Below, one piece after another: positions 21,425-30,829 of a stretch of 64,000 nucleotides of DNA; positions within the stretch are counted from its first letter, which is position 1; each line of letters begins with the position of its first letter. Origin of the DNA: an uncultured delta proteobacterium. Lineage in GTDB: Bacteria; Myxococcota_A; Polyangia; Polyangiales; Polyangiaceae. The notes beneath the pieces are model-generated. The model was not told the DNA's origin. It searched no databases and saw nothing but the letters and a program-made list of their open reading frames with translations. A program made the translations under genes and the position numbers. The DNA lies in the NCBI GenBank assembly GCA_963782055.1, contig CAWAIF010000003.1, positions 5,856,001 through 5,920,000 on the forward strand, in the 5' to 3' direction.

Positions 21425-22603
21425 TCACCGAGGTGCACCCCATGAGCTTGGCGCGAAACGCTCGCTCGCGCCCATCGGGCCCATCCGTTCGCTCGCGCCG
21501 AGGGGCGCCTGCGGGGCGATGCCCAGCTCGTCCGCGCGCCCGGCGCGCACCGCCTGCACGCGCTCCTCCGCCACGCGGCGCGCCTCGCTCCGCGCCAGCG
21601 CCCGGGCGAACGCCGCCGCCTCCGCGTCCGACGCGCCGACCGGCGACGAGCCCTCCCGTGTCCACCGCGCGAGCAGCTCGGCCAGGATGCCGGCCTGATC
21701 GACCGGCGCGGGCTCGGCCGGCAGCGAGTGGGCCGCCGAGAGGAACACGCCGTCGGGCATGACCCAGCCGATCGCCGCGCGCACGATGGCGTCCTTCGGC
21801 AGGTCCCGCACGAACCAGTCGCCGAGCTGCGCGCCCCCCACCTCGATGTCGCGGGTGACGGTGCGCGGCCCGTCCCACCCCGGCACGATGGCGAGCACCC
21901 GCAAGGAGACATGGCCGCCGCCGGCCACCTTCCGCAGCCGGGCGATGGTGTCGTCGCGGAGCTCCCAGTAGACGTAGACCGTCCTCGGGTCGACCGACAT
22001 GGCGACGCACTCGTCGACGTCGTACCTGGGCGGGAGCGGGTCGGCGTCGAGCATGCGTGCCGGCTCCGGCGGCTCGCGCGACCCGCCCTCCGGCTCGCTC
22101 TCCATGTGGCTGGAGCCGCCGAGCTCGTCCGCGCCGCTCGCCTCCGGCGGGAGCGCCGGCTTGGGCGCGACGTACCCGGGGGACTGGAGCTGCGCCATCA
22201 GGGCCTGCGCGGCGGCGTGCTCCGGCTCCTGCGCGAGCACCGCCCGCAGCGTCTCCAGCGCCTTCGCGCGGTGGCCCTGCGTCGCGTAGATCTCCGCCAG
22301 CGTGACGGTGGGCACCACCGAGGGCGCGCGCTGCGCCGGCGCGGGCGGCGGCACGCTGCGAATGCGATTGGCGGCGTCCGGCAGATGAAGGCCGCGCTCC
22401 ACCACGCGCGCGAGCAGGTCGCGGGCGCGACCCAGAAAGCCCCGCGCCCGGCGCCGCGCCTCGGTGTCGCTCGGGCCGACACGCACGATGAGCTCGTCGA
22501 TCAGCTCCGGCCGCGTGAGGACGCGCGCACGCGGAACCCCGGCGGCCTCCGCCCGCGACACGAGCGCGTCGCGACCCAACGCTTCGAGCTCGGCACGTTG
22601 CAT
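21425..22603 (-). CDS. DUF4912-domain protein with N-terminal helical segments
   Basis: LPPRYDVDECVAMSVDPRTVYVYWE is typical of DUF4912; TVTLAEIYATQGH resembles a TPR-like helix. Confidence 0.7.
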   Translation of the reverse strand: MQRAELEALGRDALVSRAEAAGVPRARVLTRPELIDELIVRVGPSDTEARRRARGFLGRARDLLARVVERGLHLPDAANRIRSVPPPAPAQRAPSVVPTVTLAEIYATQGHRAKALETLRAVLAQEPEHAAAQALMAQLQSPGYVAPKPALPPEASGADELGGSSHMESEPEGGSREPPEPARMLDADPLPPRYDVDECVAMSVDPRTVYVYWELRDDTIARLRKVAGGGHVSLRVLAIVPGWDGPRTVTRDIEVGGAQLGDWFVRDLPKDAIVRAAIGWVMPDGVFLSAAHSLPAEPAPVDQAGILAELLARWTREGSSPVGASDAEAAAFARALARSEARRVAEERVQAVRAGRADELGIAPQAPLGASERMGPMGASERFAPSSWGAPR

Positions 22604-22666
22604 CCGGCAGACCCTCCGCGCGGTGTATGCCAGAGGCCAAAGGCGGTTGGAAAGGGAAATCCCTCG

Positions 22667-23659
22667 CTAGCCGAAGGCGCCCTGCCCCGGGCCGAAATCC
22701 CGTGTGATCGCGCGGGCCTCCTCCACGTCGCGGGCGATCTGCGCCTGCAGCTCGGCCAGGCCGGCGAACTTGCGCTCCTCCCGCAGCCGGGCGACCAGGT
22801 GCACCCGCAGCGCGCGCCCGTAGAGATCGCCGTCGAAGTCGAAGAGGTGCACCTCCAGCGTGCGCACGCCGGTGTGGTCGACCGTCGGCCTCACGCCGAT
22901 GTTCATGACCCCATGCCCGAGCGCGGCCGCGCCCCCGGTGCCGTCGAGGGCGTCGACCAGCACCGCGTACACACCGTTGGGTGGCAGGACCTCCGGCACC
23001 TCCACGAGGTTGGCCGTCGGGAAGCCGATGGTCCGCCCGCGCTGATCGCCCCGGACGACGACGCCGGAGACGGCGTGAGGCCGGCCGAGGACCTCGCTCG
23101 CGTCGGCGAGGTCGCCGCGCGCGACCGCGTCGCGCACCCGCGTGCTGGAGAAGGGCCCGCGCGCGTCGCCCTGGACCGGGAAGGAGTGCGCCGTGAAGCC
23201 GAGCTTCTCCCCCAGCCGCGTGAGGGCGGCGAAGTCGCCCGCGCGCTTGTGGCCGAAGCGGAAGTTGTCGCCGACGACGACCACCCGCGCGCCGAGCGCC
23301 CGGGCGAGCAGCTCCTCGACGAAGCGCTCCGGAGACCAGAGGGAGAAGGCGAGGTCGAAGCGCTTCACGCACACCTCGTCCACGCCGACGCGCCGCAGCA
23401 GCTCGGCCTTGCGGGGCAGCGTCGTGAGCGTCGGGGGAGGGGTGCGGCCGAGCACCACCGCCGGGTGGGGGTCGAAGGTGAGGACGCGCAGCGTCAACCC
23501 CTCGCCGCCCGCCTCCGCGCGCGCCGCGGTCACGACCGACCTGTGCCCGCGGTGCACGCCATCGAAGTTGCCCACGGCCACCACCGAACGCTCCCCCGGA
23601 CGCGAGGCGAGGGAGCCCCCGGGCACGTCGTCGATACGTGTAGCCTGCAAATTTTCCAT
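22667..23659 (-). CDS. ribF: Bifunctional riboflavin kinase / FMN adenylyltransferase
   Basis: GNFDGVHRGH, TFDPHP, VGDNFRFG, SSTRVR, GRTIGFPTAN, NIGVRPT, EVHLFDF, LREERKF. Confidence 0.95.
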   Translation of the reverse strand: MENLQATRIDDVPGGSLASRPGERSVVAVGNFDGVHRGHRSVVTAARAEAGGEGLTLRVLTFDPHPAVVLGRTPPPTLTTLPRKAELLRRVGVDEVCVKRFDLAFSLWSPERFVEELLARALGARVVVVGDNFRFGHKRAGDFAALTRLGEKLGFTAHSFPVQGDARGPFSSTRVRDAVARGDLADASEVLGRPHAVSGVVVRGDQRGRTIGFPTANLVEVPEVLPPNGVYAVLVDALDGTGGAAALGHGVMNIGVRPTVDHTGVRTLEVHLFDFDGDLYGRALRVHLVARLREERKFAGLAELQAQIARDVEEARAITRDFGPGQGAFG

Positions 23660-23756
23660 CCGGACATACCCCTTTTAGCACCCGGGCGTCGTGCCGCGGG
23701 AGATGAGCCGACGACCGGCTCCCACCCCACGTCGAGTTTGCGGTAACGTGCGCGTC

Positions 23757-24578
23757 ATGAATCGCAGGTTCCTCCAGGCGCTCTCGTGGATGGCGGCGCT
23801 CCTGTGCGTGCTGCTCGTCTCGCCCTTTGCCCACGCCGGCGGTCGCTGGCGTCTGCGCTCTCACGACGTGAAGGAGGTGTCCGGCGCCTGGCACCTGTTC
23901 GTGAGCATCGACCTCACGCGCGCGCCGTCGATCGCGCACGTGCCGATGAAGTTCATGTTCACCAAGACCATGGTCTACGAGCGCGCCCTGACGGACGCCT
24001 CCAAGCAGCCGGTCCTCAACAAGATCGCCGTCCAGAACCAGATGCCCAGCATCGAGAGCCTGGACGTCGACTTCGCCGACGGCACCGGCAAGATCTACAA
24101 GTCCACGCGCTTCGACTTCGGCCTGACGCGCCAGCGCGGCTTCGAGGCGGGTGAGTACACCATGAAGGTGCAGCTCGCCGACGGCACCAACCTCGCCGGG
24201 ACCGCCAACCTGGTCCTCGAGGGCGACAACCCCGTCGTGGACCGGCGCAGCATCACCTTCGACGCCAACAACAAGAAGATCAAGAAGGTGGACAACGGCC
24301 TGGACGGCGGCGTCGCCTCCAACAGCCCCAACAACGACACCGCGATGGCGGCGCCCACCTCGACCGAGGTGCAGCCCGTCGGCACCGCCGCGCCCTTCAT
24401 CCCGGCGAGCGCCTTCCAGGAGACCGACGCCGAGCAGGTCAAGGAGAAGCCGGGCGGCTGCGGGTGCTCGGTCCCCGGCGTACCGCTCGGGACGGTAGAG
24501 CTCTTCGGAGCGCCGCTCGGGCTCGCACTGCTCGGGCTACGGCGTCGCCGCCGGCGCGACCGCGACGACGCCCGTTGA
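23757..24578 (+). CDS. Exported protein with MYXO-CTERM-like sorting tail
   Basis: Signal peptide (AHA-G); C-terminus GGCGCSVPG followed by a hydrophobic stretch and RRRRRR. Confidence 0.75.
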   Translation: MNRRFLQALSWMAALLCVLLVSPFAHAGGRWRLRSHDVKEVSGAWHLFVSIDLTRAPSIAHVPMKFMFTKTMVYERALTDASKQPVLNKIAVQNQMPSIESLDVDFADGTGKIYKSTRFDFGLTRQRGFEAGEYTMKVQLADGTNLAGTANLVLEGDNPVVDRRSITFDANNKKIKKVDNGLDGGVASNSPNNDTAMAAPTSTEVQPVGTAAPFIPASAFQETDAEQVKEKPGGCGCSVPGVPLGTVELFGAPLGLALLGLRRRRRRDRDDAR

Positions 24579-25597
24579 CGCCGCGGTCGGCGATCGAGCA
24601 GGCCCGCCGCGGGCAGCTCCTTCCGGTCTATCTCGTCGCGGGCGAGGAGCGCCTGCTGCGTGACGACGTGATCGCCGCCGTGCGCGCGGCGAGCCTCGGC
24701 ACCGGCGTGGCTGCCTTCAACGAGGACAAGTTCACCGCCGGGGAGGTCGACGCCGATCGCGTGGTGTCCGCGGCGCGCACCGTGCCGATGATGGCGCCCC
24801 GGCGCTTCGTGCTGGTGCGCTCGGTGGAGCGGTGGGACTCCGGCGGCGAGGACGGCGAGCGCGCCTCCTCGGCGCTGGACAGGCTGACCGAGTACGCCAA
24901 GGCCCCGGTCGACACCACGTGCCTCGTGCTCGTCGCCACCAAGCTGGACGGCCGCCGCAAGCTCGCCGTGCTGGCGAAGAAGCAGGGCTTCCTGGTGGAG
25001 TGCGCCGCCCTCTCGGCGCACGAGCTGCCCGGGTGGATCGCCGAGGCGTCCAAGGACAAGGGCCACGCCATCGATCGCGAGACCGCCGCGCTGCTCGCCG
25101 AGCTCGCCGGCCCGGAGCTCTCCTACGTCGCGGACGCGATCGAGCGACTGTCCCTGTTCGTGGGTCCGGGCAAGCCCATCGACGGCGAGGCGGTCGCCCA
25201 GTGCGTGGCGCGCGTACGCACGGCGGACACCTGGGCGGTCGTCGGCGCGGTGTCCAGGCAGCGCCTCGGCGATGCGCTCGCCGCCCTCTCCGAGGCCTAC
25301 GACCCGCGCGACCGCGGCCTGATGATGCTGGGCGCCCTGGCGTGGTCGGTGCGGCGCCTCGCGCGCTACAAGGCCGCCACCGACGCCGGCGTCCCGCACG
25401 ACGAGGCGGCGCGGCGGGCAGGGGCCTTCGGGCCGCAGCAGGGACGTGAGCTCGCCGAGCGCGCGCGCGGCCTCCGCGGCAAGGAGCTGGAGCGCTGGGT
25501 GCTCGTCCTCGCCGAGACGGACCTGGCGCTCAAGGGCTCTCGCCGCCCGCCGGAGGCGATCCTCGCCGACATGATCACGCGGCTCTGCCGGCGCTGA
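24575..25597 (+). CDS. holA: DNA polymerase III delta subunit
   Basis: PVYLVAGEERLL, RTVPMMAPRRFVLV, KLDGRRKL, ETDLALKGS; TTG start overlaps the upstream stop. Confidence 0.85.
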   Translation: MTPRSAIEQARRGQLLPVYLVAGEERLLRDDVIAAVRAASLGTGVAAFNEDKFTAGEVDADRVVSAARTVPMMAPRRFVLVRSVERWDSGGEDGERASSALDRLTEYAKAPVDTTCLVLVATKLDGRRKLAVLAKKQGFLVECAALSAHELPGWIAEASKDKGHAIDRETAALLAELAGPELSYVADAIERLSLFVGPGKPIDGEAVAQCVARVRTADTWAVVGAVSRQRLGDALAALSEAYDPRDRGLMMLGALAWSVRRLARYKAATDAGVPHDEAARRAGAFGPQQGRELAERARGLRGKELERWVLVLAETDLALKGSRRPPEAILADMITRLCRR

Positions 25598-26777
25598 CCT
25601 TCCGTCCCAGCAGCAGCGCGCCGGTGGCGGCGAAGGTCGCGCTCATCCAGAACGCCGCCGCCGGGTGCGCGTCGAAGAGCACGCCGAAGAGGGCGTTGGC
25701 GGGCAGCACGGCGAAGCCGGTGACCGCGTGCAGCGCGCCGAACGCCCGGCCGCGCTGCTCGGCCGGCGCCAGCTCGGCGAGGATGGCGCGGCCACCGCCC
25801 TCCGAGAGGCCGTAGTAGCCGCCGTAGATCAGCATCACCGCCCACGTCGCCGCCACGGTGTGGACGAGCGGGAAGATGACGTACACGCCGGCGTAGAGGA
25901 ACCAGGCGACGCGCACCGTCTTGCGGTGCCCGACGCGGTCGGAGAGGCGGCCGCCCGGCACGTTCATGAGCGCGCGCGCCGCGCTGAGGGTGAGCCACGC
26001 CACCGGGAGCCACGCGTTGGGCAGGCCGAGCTTGTGCAGCCGCAGCAGGATGAAGGTGTCGGCGGAGGCACCCAGGGAGAAGAAGGCGACCGCCAGCAGG
26101 TAGCGCCGGACCGGCGGGGCGAGAGGCACCTTCCTGGGGTCGCCGGCATGCGCGTCGTCCGCCGGCTTCGCGGCGGGCGCGGCGTCCACCGGGGCGTCCG
26201 GCTCGTGGACGCCGAAGGCGAGCACCGCCATCGCGATGAGACCGGGGAAGATGGCGAAGGCGAAGATCTCCCGGAGCGACCAGCCCAGCCCCTGCGCCAG
26301 CGCGAACGCGACGGTGGGGCCGATGACCGAGCCGGTGTTGTCCATCATCCGCTGCACCCCGTAGGCCCTCGCGCGGCTCCCCGCGTCGACGGCGCCGGCG
26401 AGGATCGCGTCGCGCGGCCCGGCGCGCACGCCCTTGCCCACGCGATCGGTGGAGCGCACCAGCACCACCTGCCAGGGCGCCGCGACCAGCGCGACGAGCG
26501 GCCGCACCACGGTGGACAGGCCGTAGCCCGCGAGCACGTACGGCTTGCGGTGGACGCGACGGTCGGAGAGCGCGCCCGCCACCCACTTGACGAAGGACCC
26601 GACCGACTCCGCCACCCCCTCCACGATGCCGAGCCACGTGCCGGCCGCGCCCATCGTCGCGAGGAAGGCCGGGAGCAGCGGATAGATGAGCTCGGAGGAG
26701 GCGTCGGTGAAGAGGGACACCCAGCCGAGCTGCCGCACGATGGGCGGCAGGGGGCTCTCCTTCTTCTTCTCGCTCAT
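25575..26777 (-). CDS. MFS transporter
   Basis: Multiple TM segments; VSLFTDASSELIYPLLP, GALSDR, DRVGKGVR..PRDA, GRLSDRVG, RGRAFG. Confidence 0.9.
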   Translation of the reverse strand: MSEKKKESPLPPIVRQLGWVSLFTDASSELIYPLLPAFLATMGAAGTWLGIVEGVAESVGSFVKWVAGALSDRRVHRKPYVLAGYGLSTVVRPLVALVAAPWQVVLVRSTDRVGKGVRAGPRDAILAGAVDAGSRARAYGVQRMMDNTGSVIGPTVAFALAQGLGWSLREIFAFAIFPGLIAMAVLAFGVHEPDAPVDAAPAAKPADDAHAGDPRKVPLAPPVRRYLLAVAFFSLGASADTFILLRLHKLGLPNAWLPVAWLTLSAARALMNVPGGRLSDRVGHRKTVRVAWFLYAGVYVIFPLVHTVAATWAVMLIYGGYYGLSEGGGRAILAELAPAEQRGRAFGALHAVTGFAVLPANALFGVLFDAHPAAAFWMSATFAATGALLLGRKVSAGRAA

Positions 26778-26863
26778 CGACCAGGCACCCTACGCGCAAC
26801 CGCGGCGGCCCATCCAGTCATCGTAGCGAGCGTGACGTCCGCGACCTCGGCCGCGTCGAGCCT

Positions 26864-26892
26864 TTGACGCAGGGCCGGCCAGGACTTACGTT
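26864..26892 (+). promoter_or_regulatory. sigma70-type promoter of ribA (TTGACG-N17-TACGTT)
   Basis: -35 at 26864-26869 and -10 at 26887-26892 with an exact 17-nt spacer. Confidence 0.65.
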
Positions 26893-26969
26893 GCCAAGGC
26901 CGCGCTGGCCGACTAAGGGAGATCCTTCGCGCCAGCCGCGCCGCTCGCTGATTGAAGACAAGGAGAACC

Positions 26970-27716
26970 ATGGAGATGCACGTCCCCGAACGGGTGATCC
27001 GGCCTCTTGAGAAGGACCGCGCCGGCACGACCGAGACGCCGAACGGTCCAACCATCCTCTCCCGCGGCACCGAGTGGCTCGCCTCCGCCCCCCTGCCGAC
27101 ACGTCACGGGGACTTCACCACGCACGTCTTCCGCAGCGTGGCCAACGCCGACGGCGGCGACACGGGCGAGAAGGAGCACGTCGCCCTGGTCTACGGTCAG
27201 GTCGCCGGCAAGACGCACCTCCCGGTGCGCGTCCACTCCGAGTGCATGACGAGCGAGGTGTTCGGCTCGCTCAAGTGCGACTGCAAGGCGCAGCTCGACG
27301 CCGCGATGGCGGAGATCGTCCGGCGCGGCGCCGGCGCGGTGCTCTACCTGCGGCAGGAGGGGCGCGGCATCGGCCTCGCCAACAAGATCCGCGCGTACGA
27401 TCTGCAGTCGCGCGGGGCGGACACCGTCGACGCCAACCGCCTCCTCGGCCTGCCGGACGACGCGCGCCGCTACGACGTGGTGAGCGACATGCTGGAATAC
27501 TTGCACATTGCAAGCATTCGCCTGATGACCAACAACCCCGCGAAGGTGGAGGGCCTGCGGGCGCTGGGCGTGCAGGTGGCGTCCCGCCTGCCGGTGATCG
27601 TCCCGGTCAACCCGCTCTCGGCGCGGTACCTGGAGACCAAGCGCCTGCGCATGGCCCACGAGCTCCCGGAGACGCTCCCCACCACGCTGGCCGCCACCGG
27701 CAGCGACGGCGAGTAG
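26970..27716 (+). CDS. ribA: GTP cyclohydrolase II
   Basis: RVHSECMTSEVFGSLKCDC, YLRQEGRGIGLANKIRAY, LMTNNPAK; RBS AAGGAG. Confidence 0.95.
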   Translation: MEMHVPERVIRPLEKDRAGTTETPNGPTILSRGTEWLASAPLPTRHGDFTTHVFRSVANADGGDTGEKEHVALVYGQVAGKTHLPVRVHSECMTSEVFGSLKCDCKAQLDAAMAEIVRRGAGAVLYLRQEGRGIGLANKIRAYDLQSRGADTVDANRLLGLPDDARRYDVVSDMLEYLHIASIRLMTNNPAKVEGLRALGVQVASRLPVIVPVNPLSARYLETKRLRMAHELPETLPTTLAATGSDGE

Positions 27717-27733
27717 GCCCGCCCTCCCTCACC

Positions 27734-28930
27734 TCAGTGCGCGGGGTGGTCCTGCGCCGGCATGCTCGCCACCATCGGCCGCAGGCGCTCGAGGTAGCTC
27801 GACAGCAGCGTTTGCACCCGGGCGCGGTCCGGCGACGCGAAGACCAGGCCGATGTGGTGCGCCTCGGGTGAGCGGAACACCACCTCCGGGTCGGAGAAGG
27901 GGGAGAGGTCCGGGTGCTCGTCGCGCGCGAGCGTCATCACCAGCCCGCCGTAGTCGCCCCTCGTCTCCGGAAGCTCGTAGGGCGTCTTTCCGCCGCCCAC
28001 CTCGATCTTCGCCCACTCCACCCAGAGGTTGATGCCGGTCGCCGCCTCCACCATGTCGGCGATGTGGGCGCCGCCCACGCGCGCGGCGCACTCCAGCATG
28101 TAGAATTTCCCGTCGCCGCGCGCCTTGATGTACTCCACGTGCGAGACGCCGCGCACCAGGTTCATGCAGGCGAGGGTGCGCTCGTTGAGGAACTGGAGCT
28201 CGCGCTCGTCGCTCGATCCGCGCGGCACCGTGCTGGTGGAGAAGATGCCGCCGCCGTGCGCCACGTCGAAGGGGGGCGCCGTGCACTTGTTCACCGCGGC
28301 GAAGACCACCTTGCGCTCGGTGACGATGGAGTCCACGTGGTAGACGTCGCCCGGGAGGTACTGCTCGAGCAGGAAGTACGACTGCCGGTCGCCCTGCCGG
28401 TTCACCAGCTCCCAGAGCTGCTCCTCGCTCGCGACCTTGGTGATGCCCGAGGCGCTCGCCTCCGCGCGGGGCTTCTCCATCCACGGGGGCGGCACGCGGC
28501 GCATGAACTCCCGCAGCGCGTCGTGGTTGAGCACGTGCACGAAGTCGGGCACCGGGATGCCCTCGTCGCGCGCGCGCACGCGCATCGCGAGCTTGTCGCG
28601 GAAGTGGCGCGCCGTCGTGTCGCCCATGCCCGGGATGCGCAGGTGCTCGCGCAGCGACGCCGCGGTCTCCACGTCGAAGTCGTCCAGCGCGACGATGCGG
28701 TCGAAGCGGGTGGTCCGCGCCAGGTAGCTCACCGTGCGCACCGTCTCCTCCAGGGGGGCGCCATCGCGCTGGGCGAAGACGTCCGCCAGCACGTCGCGCG
28801 GCCAGGGCTTGCCGAGGAGCTTCTCCGTCGTCAGGAGGTAGACGCGGGCGCCCATGGAGGCCGCCTGGCGGATGAAGCGCTCGCCCTTGTAATAGGAGGC
28901 GAGGCAGAGAAGGGTGAGAGGCTCGGCCAT
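27734..28930 (-). CDS. ATP-grasp domain protein (putative carboxylate-amine/peptide ligase)
   Basis: FRDKLAMR, KPRAEASASGI, LLEQYLPG, HVEYI, MLECAARVGG. Confidence 0.8.
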   Translation of the reverse strand: MAEPLTLLCLASYYKGERFIRQAASMGARVYLLTTEKLLGKPWPRDVLADVFAQRDGAPLEETVRTVSYLARTTRFDRIVALDDFDVETAASLREHLRIPGMGDTTARHFRDKLAMRVRARDEGIPVPDFVHVLNHDALREFMRRVPPPWMEKPRAEASASGITKVASEEQLWELVNRQGDRQSYFLLEQYLPGDVYHVDSIVTERKVVFAAVNKCTAPPFDVAHGGGIFSTSTVPRGSSDERELQFLNERTLACMNLVRGVSHVEYIKARGDGKFYMLECAARVGGAHIADMVEAATGINLWVEWAKIEVGGGKTPYELPETRGDYGGLVMTLARDEHPDLSPFSDPEVVFRSPEAHHIGLVFASPDRARVQTLLSSYLERLRPMVASMPAQDHPAH

Positions 28931-29004
28931 CGTCGCCCTTCGTACCAGAGCTCGCGGCGAGCGTCGATGCGAGGCGGTAGCCGAACGGTGCACCGTGACC
29001 TAAC

Positions 29005-30759
29005 GTGGCGCACGTGATCGACTACCACGTCCGCGTCGTCCCCGGCGGCCAGGCCCTCCACTGCACGCTCGACGTGGCGCACGCGGCGGGGGGCGACCTG
29101 CGCGTCGCCTGCCCCGCCTGGATGCCCGGCGCCTACGCGCTGCTCAAGCTCGCGCGGGACGTGGTGGACGTCCGCGCCGAGGACGCCGCCACGGGCGGTG
29201 CGCTCGCCGTCGTGCGCGACGGCTGGCAGGGGTTCCGCGTCCCGGACGCGCCGGCGCGCGTGCGGCTCACGTGGCGCGCCGTGGCCGCGGACATCGCGTG
29301 GGCGGAGATCGCCGGCCTCGTCTTTCACGACCGCGCGCTTTTGGCCGGCGCGCGCTACCTCGCGCCGGTCGGCTACGAGGGCCCGGTCCGCGTGCGCTAC
29401 GAGCTGCCCGAGGGCTGGACGCTCCACCACCCGTCGGGCGCGCGGAAGGTGGACGAGCGCACCTTCGAGTATGCCCGTCGCACCGACCTGCTCGACGTGG
29501 TCGCCCTCGCGGGCGCGCCGGACGCAAAGACCCAGGAGCTCGAGGGCACGCCCTTCCACTTCGTCTTCTTCGACCGCGCGGCGGGCTTCGAGGAGGGCCA
29601 CGGCGCGCTGGTGGAGGGCGTGCTCGCGGCCGCGCGGGCGGCGCGCGCGGTCTTCGGCGCCTTCCCCTTTGCAGAATACACGTTCTTCGTGGCGCACGAC
29701 CCGCGCATGCAGTGGGGCCTGGAGCACCCCGACTGCACGACCATCGGCGTGGGGCAGGACGTCTACGCCGACGAGGAGGCGATGCGCGCGGCGGTGCGCG
29801 TGGCGGCGCACGAGCTCTTCCACGCGTGGAACGTCTGCCGGATGAAGCCGCGCGCCCTCCTGCACCCGGACCTGGAGCGCGGCTCCTTCGTCGACGGCCT
29901 CTGGGTGAGCGAGGGCTTCACCCGCTACTACGAGATGCTGCTCTCCACGCGCGCCGGACGGATGAGCGCGTCACGCTTCTTCTCCAACGTCGTGCGCTAC
30001 CACGAGCACCTCTCCGCGCTGCCGGCCTACGGCCTGGTGACGCCCGCGGACGCGTCGCTCGCGGCCTTCCTCAACCGCGGCCGCTTCCCCGGCCAGCCCG
30101 ACGTGGCGATCGACTACTACGACGCCGGGATGCTCGTGGCGTTCGACCTGGACCAGGCGCTGCGGGAGCGCGGCTCCTCCCTCGACGAGGCGCTGCGCGC
30201 CTTCTACGCGGCGCACCTCGCCGAGGGCTTCGACACGTCGGACGTGCGCGCCTTCTTTGCGGGCCTCGCGCCCGAGCTGGGCACCATGGTGGAGGCGGAG
30301 GCGGAGCGGCCCGGCGGGCTCTCCACGCTGGAGCGCCTCGGGCGGCTGGGGTTCGGGGTGGAACGCTCCGACCGCGGGGAGATTGGCGTGGTGTTCGCCG
30401 ACCCGCGCGCAGGGCGCGTCGCCTCGGTGCTGGAAGGCAGCCCGGCGGCGGCCGGAGGCCTCGCGGCGGGCGACGAGATCGTGCGGGTGGCGGGCCACGT
30501 CTACTCGCCGCGGGTCCTCGCCATCGGCATCCGGCGGCGCGCGCCGCTTGCGCTCGGCGTGCGGCGCGGCCATCGGGAGCACGAGCTCACCGTGACACCG
30601 CGGCACGCCGCCCGCGTCTCCGGGCTGGTGTGGAAGGGGTCGGAGGCCGCCCGCGACCACCTGGCCGGCTGGCTGGGGTGCCCGGTCCCGTGGGAGGCGG
30701 GCGAGCGCATTTCCCTCTCGCATTACGACAACTTCCACGGGACCGTCGACGTCCTCTGA
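29005..30759 (+). CDS. M61 glycyl-aminopeptidase-like metallopeptidase with PDZ domain
   Basis: PAWMPGAY, GLEH, zinc motif HELFHAWN, LWVSEGFTRYY, YYDAG; PDZ segment GSPAAAGGLAAGDEIVRV. Confidence 0.85.
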   Translation: MAHVIDYHVRVVPGGQALHCTLDVAHAAGGDLRVACPAWMPGAYALLKLARDVVDVRAEDAATGGALAVVRDGWQGFRVPDAPARVRLTWRAVAADIAWAEIAGLVFHDRALLAGARYLAPVGYEGPVRVRYELPEGWTLHHPSGARKVDERTFEYARRTDLLDVVALAGAPDAKTQELEGTPFHFVFFDRAAGFEEGHGALVEGVLAAARAARAVFGAFPFAEYTFFVAHDPRMQWGLEHPDCTTIGVGQDVYADEEAMRAAVRVAAHELFHAWNVCRMKPRALLHPDLERGSFVDGLWVSEGFTRYYEMLLSTRAGRMSASRFFSNVVRYHEHLSALPAYGLVTPADASLAAFLNRGRFPGQPDVAIDYYDAGMLVAFDLDQALRERGSSLDEALRAFYAAHLAEGFDTSDVRAFFAGLAPELGTMVEAEAERPGGLSTLERLGRLGFGVERSDRGEIGVVFADPRAGRVASVLEGSPAAAGGLAAGDEIVRVAGHVYSPRVLAIGIRRRAPLALGVRRGHREHELTVTPRHAARVSGLVWKGSEAARDHLAGWLGCPVPWEAGERISLSHYDNFHGTVDVL

Positions 30760-30829
30760 CCGCCGGCGCCGGTCCGGCCGCGCTGCCTCTTGCGGACCGG
30801 AGGGGGAGAATTAGACTCCTGCGGCCAGC

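Noticed and set aside
26778..26969. FMN riboswitch upstream of ribA
   Set aside because: None of the conserved FMN aptamer segments are visible, and the leader after the predicted promoter is too short.
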